Notes under the pieces: model-generated | Database searches by the model: none | Told to the model about the DNA's origin: nothing | What the model saw: the letters and a program-made list of their open reading frames with translations, nothing else | Shown: one piece after another, positions 52,475 to 62,073 of the stretch | How the letters are laid out: each line of letters starts with the position of its first letter | Position numbering within the stretch: position 1 is the stretch's first letter | Source: an uncultured Acidobacteriota bacterium | GTDB taxonomy: Bacteria; Acidobacteriota; UBA6911 | Length of the DNA stretch: 64,000 bases | Assembly (NCBI GenBank): GCA_963827655.1 | Contig: CAWHCF010000004.1 | Coordinates: forward strand, 32,001 to 96,000 | Reading direction: 5' to 3' | Position numbers and translations under genes: made by a program

Positions 52475-52903
52475 TCAAGGCGCGAAGACGACCTGCAGGC
52501 CCAGCCGGCTCATTCCACGCGGGATGATCGTCAGTTGCACCAGGAGCGCGCCTACATAGTCGCGAATCTCATAGATCTTCTCCAGTGACAGCTCGCCGCA
52601 TACCAGGATCAACCGGTGATTCCCCGACTGGTCGATCTCCAGCTCGCATTCGCCCGCATCCACCAGTTGGATCAGCCATGAGAGTCGCTCGAGCAGCGTC
52701 GGAGAATCGGTGGGCGATAATACAATGCGGTTAACGCCCTGTTTTGACAGCCAGATTTCCTGGTTATTGGCGTCGAACAGAATTCGAAGATCTTTCTTGC
52801 GGAGTTCGGCGGCCATCCCGATCTTGCCGACCAGTCCAAGACCCTGGTTGTAGTGATTGTCGCGGCACTGCACCAGGTCGCCTATCTTGAGATCCACTCG
52901 CAT
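52475..52903 (-). CDS. Hypothetical protein (142 aa; SH3/KOW-like start)
   Basis: GAGG RBS and an upstream TACAAT; LKIGDLVQ...GLVGKI; no family recognised. Confidence 0.6.
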   Translation of the reverse strand: MRVDLKIGDLVQCRDNHYNQGLGLVGKIGMAAELRKKDLRILFDANNQEIWLSKQGVNRIVLSPTDSPTLLERLSWLIQLVDAGECELEIDQSGNHRLILVCGELSLEKIYEIRDYVGALLVQLTIIPRGMSRLGLQVVFAP

Positions 52904-52933
52904 CCTCGCCGTTGAAGGAACGACATTGTAACC

Positions 52934-53010
52934 GATTGCAGATTGCGGATTGCAGATTGCGGATTGAAAAAACAAAGAAGGCGCTTGCTGATTGCGGATT
53001 TTGCCGATTG
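52934..53010. repeat. Heptamer tandem repeat GATTGCA/GATTGCG
   Basis: gattgcagattgcggattgcagattgcggattg; a related inverted run at 56798-56834. Confidence 0.75.
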
Positions 53011-53116
53011 AAGCGTCATCGGCGCTCCGACTGAAAACGGGGCTCTGCTTTTGATGAGCTAAGCGGCACCGGCGCCGCGAGGCGTTCTCCGGTGGCTTCT
53101 GCCTACTGCCTACTGC

Positions 53117-53770
53117 TCATCTGGCGTCGCGCTCGATCGCGAGCGTGGCCGTTCTGTCCTCCCGGGTTTTGGTTCTCGATTTCAGCCGCAGCTCGGTACT
53201 CTTGAGCAGGTCCGTTTGGCCCTTCACCTCCTTGCCCTGAAGTAAAAGCACACGACCCCTCTCGAAATGGGCATCAGCGAATCGCGGGTTGATTCGCAAT
53301 ACCTTGCCATAGTCTGCGACGGCCCCTTTCAGGTCTCCTATAGCCTCTCGAACCTTTGCACGGTTGTAGTAGGCTGATTCCAGATCGGCGATGCGGATGG
53401 CGGCGCTGTAGTCGGCAGCCGCCCGCTCGAGATCACCCTTCCGAAACCAAGCGGCAGCGCGCCCCACGTAAGCCTGGGGCAGCCGCGGACTAATCGCGAC
53501 AGCCATAGTGAAGTCCGCAAGGGCCTGTTCGGCGCATCCAAGGGCAGACCAGGCGGCACCGCGGCCATTGTAGGCTTTAGCGAATTGAGGATTCAGTTCG
53601 ATGGCAGAGTTAAAATCAACAATGGCCCGGTCGAGGTCACCCTTTTCGAAACGCTCAGCCGCGCGTTGGTAATAGTCCTTCGCCGAACGAGGCTCTTTTG
53701 CCTGAGCTGCCGTTGCAGCAACGGCGAGCGAAAGAAGGACTGCCCAGAAACCCAATCGGCTTATCTCCAT
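53117..53770 (-). CDS. Secreted TPR protein
   Basis: AGGAG RBS; signal peptide; AI.DF..AIELNP..A.AY..RG repeats. Confidence 0.85.
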   Translation of the reverse strand: MEISRLGFWAVLLSLAVAATAAQAKEPRSAKDYYQRAAERFEKGDLDRAIVDFNSAIELNPQFAKAYNGRGAAWSALGCAEQALADFTMAVAISPRLPQAYVGRAAAWFRKGDLERAAADYSAAIRIADLESAYYNRAKVREAIGDLKGAVADYGKVLRINPRFADAHFERGRVLLLQGKEVKGQTDLLKSTELRLKSRTKTREDRTATLAIERDAR

Positions 53771-53856
53771 GACAACTCCTCGTGTATCTCCACTTGTCTG
53801 CCGCATCGTGTCCGCCGCGGTTAGCCTCGGTTCCCTTCGGGGCTCGCGAGAGATCT

Positions 53857-53872
53857 TGCAAGCGTCATGCCA
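53857..53872 (-). promoter_or_regulatory. Sigma54 (-24/-12) promoter
   Basis: TGGCATGACGCTTGCA (GG-N10-GC) about 87 bp upstream of the TPR gene ATG. Confidence 0.65.
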
Positions 53873-54242
53873 GAGCAAAGACGCTCGGGGGACGGGGGAT
53901 TACCTTCAGAAAAAGATGGGGTTACCGGAATCTGCGCGGCGTGTGCCTGCCCAGGTCAACCCGTCGATGTCTCCACGAACGGATAGTCCGACTATCCGAT
54001 GTGATAGCCCTCGGCTCTGCTGCCGTGTTTTGTCGGCTGTCTTCTCATCCCAGCTTGTGTTTAACCGCCGCACATAACGTTCAGACTGGCGTAGCTTCAG
54101 CCGACGTGGTAGGGCGTGAAGACCCGGATCCTAGCCTGGATGGGCTCAGCCCCAACTCTGTCTGCGATTCGGACGTGCTCGCTGGCCGGGAACGTAGAGT
54201 GGGAGAGGCCACAGGGCCGACGGTACGTAGCCCCGGCCCTAC

Positions 54243-54309
54243 GGGCTCGCGCAGAAATAACTTCACATTCTGGCGCGAGAGCCGCCGGTCAATCATGAAC
54301 CGGTTTCTG
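54243..54309 (-). mobile_element. MITE copy D (one end only)
   Basis: gggctcgcgcagaaataacttcacattctggcgcgagagccgccggtcaatcatgaaccggtttctg is near-identical to the matching end of copies A, B and C. Confidence 0.75.
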
Positions 54310-54321
54310 GATAGATGCTGG

Positions 54322-55350
54322 CTAAAACCCGCGCGGTCGCTTGAAGTAGATAATTGCCGAAGGATTGCCCGTTACTCCGAATCGCTCGCTCGCGGCCGGC
54401 GTCAGTTGCGCGCCGTTGTTGTCAAACCCGAGAATCACCAGCTCGGAGTTGAGCGCCAGACCCTCGGCCAACCCGAAGCGAGGGTCGGCGTCGTACAGCC
54501 CGCGTTCGGCAGACTCGTACGAGAATCTTGCCACCACCCTCATGCCGGCGGGATCGACCTTCGCGATCTGCCGGGCGCTGCGTTCCAACACGTAAAGGTG
54601 TCCCTTGTCGAATGCCAGGTCGGAGAAATCCGGAGCCACTCCGGCCGCGGTCCCCGTAGAAGCCGTTAACGGCTCCACCTGATCCATGCGCAGGACCTTC
54701 CAGTCCGTCATCCGGACTGTAAGGATCTCCCTCGGCGAACGCTCCTTGGCGATGTACATCAAGCCCTTCGCGCAATCGACGGCCACGCCCTCGAAACCGG
54801 CGTTGCTCCCTCCTTCCCGTACCTCCTTGAAGTCGCGAAGGTCGATGGGCATTCGTTCCACCTTTCCCGCCCTCACCCTGAGGATATGACGCGCCCGCTC
54901 GTTTGAAAGATAGATCGACCGGCCGCAGGAGCTCAGTCCCTCGAAGTCAATCAGGCGGTCCTTGGCCGGCACGTCGGCGTCGGTATCCAACGCGGCGATG
55001 TAATCGCGGTAGCCGCTCAGTGTGCCCACATCAAAGTGAGACTCGAGTTCGAACCTCTTGCCCATCTGACGCACGGCGTAGATTCCAAGGTCCTGGGGGC
55101 CGTCGGCGACGACGTGAAGACGGCCTTGGATAAACGCAGCGCCGCTGATTTCCTGCGACGAGGTGCCGAATGTGACGCGAATCACTTCCAGGGCGGTCAA
55201 CTCGGCCTTCGTCGAGGGCTGAAATCCGAATGAAAACCCGGCGACGAACAACCCCAGCACGAGCCGGCCGATCCCCCGGCTCAAGCGGTTGCTCGAAGCG
55301 TCGTCGGTCACCGTCGACGAATCTGGAGAATCCCAGCGTGCTGGCCTCAT
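54322..55350 (-). CDS. SdiA-regulated/phytase-like beta-propeller protein
   Basis: EISG, DFEGL, NAGFEGVAVD, IAKERSPR, DFSDL, LYVLER, AEGLA; start codon uncertain. Confidence 0.65.
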   Translation of the reverse strand: MRPARWDSPDSSTVTDDASSNRLSRGIGRLVLGLFVAGFSFGFQPSTKAELTALEVIRVTFGTSSQEISGAAFIQGRLHVVADGPQDLGIYAVRQMGKRFELESHFDVGTLSGYRDYIAALDTDADVPAKDRLIDFEGLSSCGRSIYLSNERARHILRVRAGKVERMPIDLRDFKEVREGGSNAGFEGVAVDCAKGLMYIAKERSPREILTVRMTDWKVLRMDQVEPLTASTGTAAGVAPDFSDLAFDKGHLYVLERSARQIAKVDPAGMRVVARFSYESAERGLYDADPRFGLAEGLALNSELVILGFDNNGAQLTPAASERFGVTGNPSAIIYFKRPRGF

Positions 55351-55640
55351 CAGTCAACGGGGCCGTGAATTACTTCGGGTTCTGCAGGACAATGCATTGG
55401 CTCATGATTTACGTCTGCTTGCCGATGTTCGCGAATGAGGGGGTTTACGTGGGCTGCATTGGGTATCTTCCCACAGCGGCGGGGATTTTACGACTGGCGA
55501 TTTTTTCGACACAGCGCTAACCGCGAAGGGACGAAGAGACAAAGAAACGCGAAGAGCGGCCCGGTCGGTTTGACTCCTTCCAAGATCGTGTGATAGCTTC
55601 TGCGCCGCAAATATCGAATTGTGAACCACCCTGAGAGTTC

Positions 55641-56099
55641 ATGGATCAACCGACGGCTGAATCGTGGATGCGGGAGGCATTAGACGAGGCTCGCAAAGCC
55701 GAAGCCGAGGGCGAAGTCCCCGTCGGCGCTGTACTGCTGATCAACGGTAAAATCGTCGGACGCGGCCACAATCACTCGATACGCTCATATGATCCCACGG
55801 CTCATGCGGAAATTCTCGCGCTGCGCCACGGCGGCCACAGCCTGCGCAACTATCGACTCCCCGGTTCCATACTCGTGGTCACGATAGAACCATGTGTCAT
55901 GTGCGTGGGAGCCATGATTCAGGCCCGGGTCGAGGAACTGATTTACGGTGCGCCCGACCCTAAAGCCGGCGCGATCGATTCCCATTTTCAACTGGCCAGC
56001 GCTTCGGCGCTCAATCATGCCATCCGGGTGGTTCCTGGAATTCTCGCAGATGAATGCGGGTCGCTGCTGCGAGCATTCTTCGACGCCCGCCGCAAATGA
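55641..56099 (+). CDS. tadA: tRNA adenosine(34) deaminase
   Basis: GEVPVGAV, DPTAHAEI, TIEPCVMC.GAM, DPKAGA, FF..RR. Confidence 0.92.
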   Translation: MDQPTAESWMREALDEARKAEAEGEVPVGAVLLINGKIVGRGHNHSIRSYDPTAHAEILALRHGGHSLRNYRLPGSILVVTIEPCVMCVGAMIQARVEELIYGAPDPKAGAIDSHFQLASASALNHAIRVVPGILADECGSLLRAFFDARRK

Positions 56100-56588
56100 G
56101 CATGCTGCTGTTTTCGAACCTAGCGTCTCACCTGCTCCTCATCAAGCTGATAGCGTTTGAATACCTGATAGGACCCGAATTGCGCTACAGACTGGAAATG
56201 GCTTCCGATATTGGCGGGGAAGGGAAAACGGTAATCTTCCAGACCGTTCGAAATCGATTGCACAATCTGGTACTCATCTCCGGGTGATGCGCCCTCGGCA
56301 CAACGGTCTGTGTTCGAGATTCCGTGCCGAGTCTCGGTGGTTACGAAGCAAAGGCCACCGCTGAGACGCGAAGACAGCAAGATCCTTTTGCGCTTGTAGC
56401 CTGTCCCGGTTTACGGTATCTAAGGGCTCGCGCAGAAACGAGGTGGGTATGGAATCGCCTGCTGTTTCGGACGGGAAGATGTTCATCCGGAGCTTCAAGC
56501 ATCTCTATTGCATCCCAGTAGGCACTTAAACAGCGGTGATCTTGCTTTACGCGCTCGCCGCCCCAAACGGACAGCAAAGCATCGACTG

Positions 56589-56837
56589 ATGAATCCAAGA
56601 AGGCTTTCACTGGCATTGCTCGTCTTAGTCCTGTACGTCCTGCACCAGGATTGGTGGAATTGGACGACAGCGCACCCGCTGATAGCCGGGTTTCTTCCCA
56701 TCGGGCTTTTCTACCACGCATGCTATAGCCTGGCGGCGGCCATTCTCATGGGCATACTCGTGAGATATGACTGGCCCTCCCACCTTGACCCAGGCGCGCA
56801 ATCCGCAGTCCGGAATCCCGAATCTGCAATCGAATAA
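56589..56837 (+). CDS. DUF3311-like small membrane protein
   Basis: LHQDWWNW...GFLPIGL.YH; its stop overlaps the symporter start (TAATG). Confidence 0.75.
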   Translation: MNPRRLSLALLVLVLYVLHQDWWNWTTAHPLIAGFLPIGLFYHACYSLAAAILMGILVRYDWPSHLDPGAQSAVRNPESAIE

Positions 56838-58462
56838 TGGTCCCGGTCCTCTTCGTCTTCCTCTACCTGGCCGTGGTTCTGTACATCGGAGTATTCGCCT
56901 ATCGAACATCAACCCATCGCAAGGAAGCCGAAGACTATTTCCTGGCCGGACGATCGCTAGGCGGGTTCGTGTTCCTGTTCTCACTCTTCGGCTCGCACAT
57001 GACGGCCTTTGCCATTCTTGGTTCATCCGGGCACGCGTTCAACAACGGTATCGTCACTTATGGGCTGATGGCCAGCTCTTCCAGTATCGTGGTTCCGGTT
57101 ACGCTTTTTCTTTTCGGCACCCGGCTCTGGTCCCTGGGCAAGCGGTTCGGATTCATGACGCTGGTCCAGATGTTTCGCGATCGATGGGAATGCAGTCACA
57201 TCGGGACGGTAATTTTCGCAGTGCAGGCGGCGTTGCTGGTCCCGTACATCATCATCGGAGTCATGGGAGGAGGAACAACCCTATCGTCGCTCAGCGGCGG
57301 CGCAATCCCTTTCTGGGTCGGCGGCGGTATCGTGGCGCTCGTCGTTATGAGTTACGTCTTTTTTGGCGGAATGAGGGGAACCGCATGGGTGAACACACTC
57401 CAGACCCTGCTGTTTTTGGCATTCGGCATGGTTGCGATCCTGGTGATTGGGAGAGGGATCGGGGGATTTCGAAGTGCGGTTGAGTCGCTGCTCGACGCAC
57501 CGGCGCTGGCATCACTGCTGACACGCGAGCGTGTCTCTCCTCTGTACTTCTTCAGTTATACTTTCATACCGCTCTCCGCGATGGCATTTCCTCACATCGC
57601 AATCTTCTGCTTTACCGCCCGACGACTTGAATCCTTCAAGCGAACGATCATTTTTTATCCTCTGTGCGTGCTGGCTATCTGGCTTCCCTGCGTATTTCTG
57701 GGCGTCATGGCCAACCGGGCGTCGGATCTCCCGCAGATTCGAATGAAACAGGAGGCCCGTACCACCCTGGCACTTCAAGGATCGAGCCTGGATGCAGATC
57801 AGCGCGGCCAGCTTCGTCAACAAATGGCGGGCGATGATGTCATGCTGCTTCTGTTGAATCGGTATGCGCCCCTGTGGCTGGCAGGGTTACTTGGCGCAGG
57901 AATCATGGCGGCGGTCATGGCAAGCGACTCGCAGATTCTGGCGTTGTCCACGATGTTCACGGAAGACGTGTTTGCGTTCTATGGTGGGAAGGAGCGTTAC
58001 GGAGAGGCGGTACAGGTCTTTACCGGACGCCTGTTCGTAATCATCCTGACTGTCATTGCTTATGCTATTGCGCTCCGGGCCTCGATTTCGATTTTCGAAC
58101 TGGCCGTCCAGTACGCTTTCTCGGGATATGCCGCTCTCTCTCCTATTCTTGCGGCCGCCCTGTTCTGGAAGAAGAGCACCAAATGGGGGGCTCTGGCAGC
58201 AACGGTGTGGGTGGCCGCATCCGTCGCGGGAGTGGCGATCTTGCAGCATGTCGTTCTGCCTCCCGCGCCAGGACCGGCTTCTGAAATCGTGGTCTGGTCC
58301 ATGATGGGGCTGAAGATTATCACCCGGACGGCCGGCGGAACCGCAGTTCTCGGATTCATGCCGGTGGTTCCGATGACTTTGATATCGGCCCTGCTTATGG
58401 TGGGGGTCTCGTGGTTCACGCCCCAGCCGGGGGAAGCGACGATTCGGCGTTACTTCAAGTAA
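56837..58462 (+). CDS. Sodium:solute symporter family protein
   Basis: [40 protein letters not shown]; about 13 TM segments. Confidence 0.92.
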   Translation: MVPVLFVFLYLAVVLYIGVFAYRTSTHRKEAEDYFLAGRSLGGFVFLFSLFGSHMTAFAILGSSGHAFNNGIVTYGLMASSSSIVVPVTLFLFGTRLWSLGKRFGFMTLVQMFRDRWECSHIGTVIFAVQAALLVPYIIIGVMGGGTTLSSLSGGAIPFWVGGGIVALVVMSYVFFGGMRGTAWVNTLQTLLFLAFGMVAILVIGRGIGGFRSAVESLLDAPALASLLTRERVSPLYFFSYTFIPLSAMAFPHIAIFCFTARRLESFKRTIIFYPLCVLAIWLPCVFLGVMANRASDLPQIRMKQEARTTLALQGSSLDADQRGQLRQQMAGDDVMLLLLNRYAPLWLAGLLGAGIMAAVMASDSQILALSTMFTEDVFAFYGGKERYGEAVQVFTGRLFVIILTVIAYAIALRASISIFELAVQYAFSGYAALSPILAAALFWKKSTKWGALAATVWVAASVAGVAILQHVVLPPAPGPASEIVVWSMMGLKIITRTAGGTAVLGFMPVVPMTLISALLMVGVSWFTPQPGEATIRRYFK

Positions 58463-58479
58463 ACTCGGCAAGCTCCTTA

Positions 58480-58645
58480 GGGCTCGCGCAGAAATCAACT
58501 TCACATTCTGGCGCGAAAGCCGGCGGTCAATCATGAACCGGTTTCTGTTCGCTAAGCACGCTGAGGATCGCGCCCTTCGGCTACGACCCGAAGACCGGGA
58601 AGCACTAACAGCACTCGGTTGCGGGCCTCATGTCTGCGCGAACCC
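58480..58645 (-). mobile_element. MITE copy C (166 bp)
   Basis: gggctcgcgcagaaatcaacttcacattctg ... tctgcgcgaaccc, flanked by TTA on both sides (58477-58479 and 58646-58648). Confidence 0.85.
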
Positions 58646-58725
58646 TTAGGGCCTCGGTGTCTTGGCGGTTTTTTCTTGGTATAGCTTTGCCGTGATGATA
58701 ATAATGTCGGCTTTTTGACTACTTT

Positions 58726-60063
58726 ATGCGCGATTCATCCGCAGCCGCGTCAGTCTCTCGTCTTACCCCAATCCAATGGCTGATCTGCGTAGTAGCCGCG
58801 ATCGGGTTTGCCTTCGACATCTACGAGTTGCTGATGCTCCAATTAATCGTGCGTCCGGCTTTGCTCGAATTGATAAATGCCAAGCCGGGCACGCCCGCGT
58901 TCAATTTATGGGTCGGCTTGCTCTTCTGGGTTCCCGCGATGGCCGGTGGGATCTTCGGCCTGATTGGAGGATACCTGACCGACCGGTTCGGGCGTCGAAG
59001 GGTGCTGGTCTGGAGCATTTTGCTCTATGCCTTTTCGGCATGCGCTGCGGGCTTCAGCACTTCGATCGTTGTCCTGCTGATCCTGCGCTGTACCACGTTT
59101 ATTGGAGTGTGCGTCGAGTTCGTAGCCGCTGTCGCCTGGTTGGCCGAGCTCTTCCCCAACCCCAAACAGAGAGAATCCGTGCTGGGGTATACGCAGGCGT
59201 TTTCGTCGCTGGGCGGCTTGATGGTGGGCCGCGCCTATTATCTGGCGGTGACGTATGGCAGTTCCCTGCCGGCTATCGCGGAGGGGCACGAAGCGTGGCG
59301 TTACACGCTGATCTCCGGCGTCATTCCTGCTTTGCCGCTGATCGTAATACGTCCGTTTCTGCCCGAATCACCCACCTGGCAGGAGAAAAAATCCAAGGGA
59401 ACCCTGAAACGGCCCAGCATCGGCGAAATTTTTACGCCTGCGTTCCGCACGACGACGCTGGTTACGGCCTTGATGTTCGCCTGTAGTTACGGGGCGGCCT
59501 TCGGGGCTATTCAGCAATCCTCGCAGATAATACCGGGGCTGCCGGAGGTGAGGGATCTGCCCCGGCCCGAGATAGAGAAAACCGTCAGCAATGTCCAGCA
59601 GTTTCAGGAAATCGGCGGGCTGGTAGGGCGCTTCCTTCTTGCTTTTCTGGCCGTTCGCATCGCATCCCGCCGGGCTCTTCTGCGCGTGTTCCAGGTGCCG
59701 GGGCTCGTGATTGTCCCGCTCGTGTTCATGTATCCGTCTAATCTAGAGACGTTCAAATGGGGTATTTTCCTCGCAGGACTGTTTACTGTCGGGCAGTTCA
59801 GTTTTTGGGGAAATTACTTGCCCAGGGTCTACCCCACCTACCTGCGCGGCACCGGGGAAAGCTTTGCCGCCAATGTCGGCGGTCGGATGGTAGGAACGTC
59901 GGCCGCGCTTCTAACCACACAGCTGGCGAACATCATGCCCGGCGCCGGCCCAGCGGCTCGTCTTGCCTATGCGGCCGCAATTGTCGCCTGCCTGGTCTAC
60001 GCTGTTGGACTCATCGCCAGTTTTCGGCTGCCCGAGCCACAAGAGGACAAATTGCCGGAATAA
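58726..60063 (+). CDS. MFS transporter
   Basis: GFAFDIYE, GGYLTDRFGRRR, WLAELFP, PRVYPTYLRGTG; 12-TM pattern. Confidence 0.9.
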   Translation: MRDSSAAASVSRLTPIQWLICVVAAIGFAFDIYELLMLQLIVRPALLELINAKPGTPAFNLWVGLLFWVPAMAGGIFGLIGGYLTDRFGRRRVLVWSILLYAFSACAAGFSTSIVVLLILRCTTFIGVCVEFVAAVAWLAELFPNPKQRESVLGYTQAFSSLGGLMVGRAYYLAVTYGSSLPAIAEGHEAWRYTLISGVIPALPLIVIRPFLPESPTWQEKKSKGTLKRPSIGEIFTPAFRTTTLVTALMFACSYGAAFGAIQQSSQIIPGLPEVRDLPRPEIEKTVSNVQQFQEIGGLVGRFLLAFLAVRIASRRALLRVFQVPGLVIVPLVFMYPSNLETFKWGIFLAGLFTVGQFSFWGNYLPRVYPTYLRGTGESFAANVGGRMVGTSAALLTTQLANIMPGAGPAARLAYAAAIVACLVYAVGLIASFRLPEPQEDKLPE

Positions 60064-60118
60064 CGGCAATCACCTTCGCCTCAGATTCTTCGCCGCGTAG
60101 ATTCTCTCCTCGAAGGGC

Positions 60119-60775
60119 ATGATCGCGAAATCTTCTCCCGACCCGCGACTCAGGTTTAACCCCCGAGCGCTTGGTCTGTTCGAGCCTTCACGAGCGTTTT
60201 ACCGCCGCGACACCGTTCAAGTAGCGCGCGACTTGATCGGAGCATGGTTTGCGAGGCGCTATCGAAATGCCTGGTACGGCGCGCGAATCGTCGAGACCGA
60301 GGCCTATCTCGGAACGGAGGATGCCGCCGCGCATTCATGGCGGGGACGGCGAACGGCGAGGGTGGAACCGATGTACGCCGATGGCGGGCACCTCTATGTT
60401 TTCCTGGTCTATGGCATGCATTACTGCGCGAATGTCGTGACCAGGGAGGAGGGTGTGCCCGAGGCGGTTCTCCTGCGTGCCGCCGAGGGCCCCGCAGGGA
60501 CTCCGGTCCGCTTGCTCTCGGGGCCGGGGCGGCTCTGCGCCGCGCTCGGCGTCACCGTCGCCTGGAGCGGCGCGGACCTGATCAAAAAGCGCGAGCCGCG
60601 CATCTTCTGCAGCGCCGGTTCCAGGCCGAGGATTGGAGTTTCACCGAGGATCGGAGTGGATTATGCGGGAGAGGCAAAGCTGTGGCGGCTCCGTTTCTTC
60701 GATCGGGACTCGCGGGCTGTCTCCGGCCCGGCAGCTCTGCGCAACCAAGACCTCGATTCAGGATTCAATGTCTAA
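60119..60775 (+). CDS. mpg: DNA-3-methyladenine glycosylase (MPG/AAG family)
   Basis: [53 protein letters not shown]. Confidence 0.92.
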   Translation: MIAKSSPDPRLRFNPRALGLFEPSRAFYRRDTVQVARDLIGAWFARRYRNAWYGARIVETEAYLGTEDAAAHSWRGRRTARVEPMYADGGHLYVFLVYGMHYCANVVTREEGVPEAVLLRAAEGPAGTPVRLLSGPGRLCAALGVTVAWSGADLIKKREPRIFCSAGSRPRIGVSPRIGVDYAGEAKLWRLRFFDRDSRAVSGPAALRNQDLDSGFNV

Positions 60776-60860
60776 CAGAATCAACCGCGAAGACCCGAAG
60801 ACGCGAGGCGCCTGCGCAATATAGTAGAATTCATCAGTTAGCCGGGAAAGGAAGGTCCGT

Positions 60861-62009
60861 TTGGGAGATATCGACCTGCCCATCTCATTTCGAAGCGCCC
60901 TGGATAGCTTCACGCGAGATCTGACGGCGGCGGCCGCCCGGGACGAGCTCGAGCCGGTACGCTGCCGCGACCGGGAGATTGAGCGCGTCACTACGGTGCT
61001 CATGAGACAGTCGAAGAATAACCCGGTGCTGGTGGGCGAAGCCGGCGTGGGTAAGACCGCGATAGTCGAGGGATTGGCTCAGCGCGTCTCTTTGGGCCAG
61101 GTGCCAAACGTGCTCAAAGGCGCGCGCCTTCTTTCGCTCAGCCATGTAGATCTCATTGCCGGCACGATTTTCAGGGGCCAGTACGAAAAAAGGCTTCAGT
61201 CCGTCATACATGAGGCCTCGGCCGACCGCGGCGTGATTCTGTTCGTCGACGAGTTGCACAACTTGATCGGCGCCGGCTCGGCGTTGGGCGCGCCGATGGA
61301 TGCGGCCAACATGCTCAAGCCCGCGCTCGCAAGCGGACAGTTACACGTCATCGGCGCTACCACCGAAGCGGAGTACGAGCGATATATCTGCGGCGATGCA
61401 GCTCTTGAACGCCGCTTTCAGCCGGTAAAGGCAAACGAACTCGGCCGCGAAGAGACGGTCGACGTACTCCGGGCGCGACGCCCAAGACTCGAAATGCACC
61501 ACCTTTTCGCGATTGGCGACGACGCGCTTGAAGCTGCCGTCGATCTCTCCGTTCGCTACCTCCCGGACCGGCTGCAGCCTGACCGGTCCATCGACCTGCT
61601 CGACGAAACCTGCGCCCACGCCCGGCTTTCCCGTAAAGACGAGGCGCCTTCGCAGATACTCGAGCTTAAACGCGATCACGACCTGCTGGTCTCGCTCGAA
61701 AATCACATCATCGATAAAGCGCTGGCTCTGGCCGAAAGCAGAGGAACGCCGCTGGAGCGCTTTTCGCGCGGGACATTTAAAGTTATCGAAGCCATGGGCC
61801 TCGGGGTGGAGAAATTCCTGACCGGCCAGACCACGCCGCGACCGGCCCTGCCGCTGCCGGACAGCGTCCGCCGCCTTCAGAAGAGCAATCCGGCGGGAGG
61901 GCTCGCGCTGGTGCACTGCGAGCGGTTGCGGGTACAGGATCGGCTGAAGGCGTCGCTCGTCGAACATGGACGCATCATTTCCGCGGACCACATTCGAGCG
62001 AGACTGTGA
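60861..62009 (+). CDS. ClpA/ClpB-like ATPase containing only the first AAA+ domain
   Basis: RDLT..A....[61 protein letters not shown]. Confidence 0.85.
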   Translation: MGDIDLPISFRSALDSFTRDLTAAAARDELEPVRCRDREIERVTTVLMRQSKNNPVLVGEAGVGKTAIVEGLAQRVSLGQVPNVLKGARLLSLSHVDLIAGTIFRGQYEKRLQSVIHEASADRGVILFVDELHNLIGAGSALGAPMDAANMLKPALASGQLHVIGATTEAEYERYICGDAALERRFQPVKANELGREETVDVLRARRPRLEMHHLFAIGDDALEAAVDLSVRYLPDRLQPDRSIDLLDETCAHARLSRKDEAPSQILELKRDHDLLVSLENHIIDKALALAESRGTPLERFSRGTFKVIEAMGLGVEKFLTGQTTPRPALPLPDSVRRLQKSNPAGGLALVHCERLRVQDRLKASLVEHGRIISADHIRARL

Positions 62010-62073
62010 TTTCTTTGCGTTCTTCTCTTTCGGCGGATTACCCCCAAAACGTCAGTACTACGGGAGCAGTGCG

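Noticed and set aside
54105-54243. Third REP doublet (GTAGGGC...GCCCTAC)
   Set aside because: Only the 7-bp ends match and the internal stems are too degenerate to support a call.
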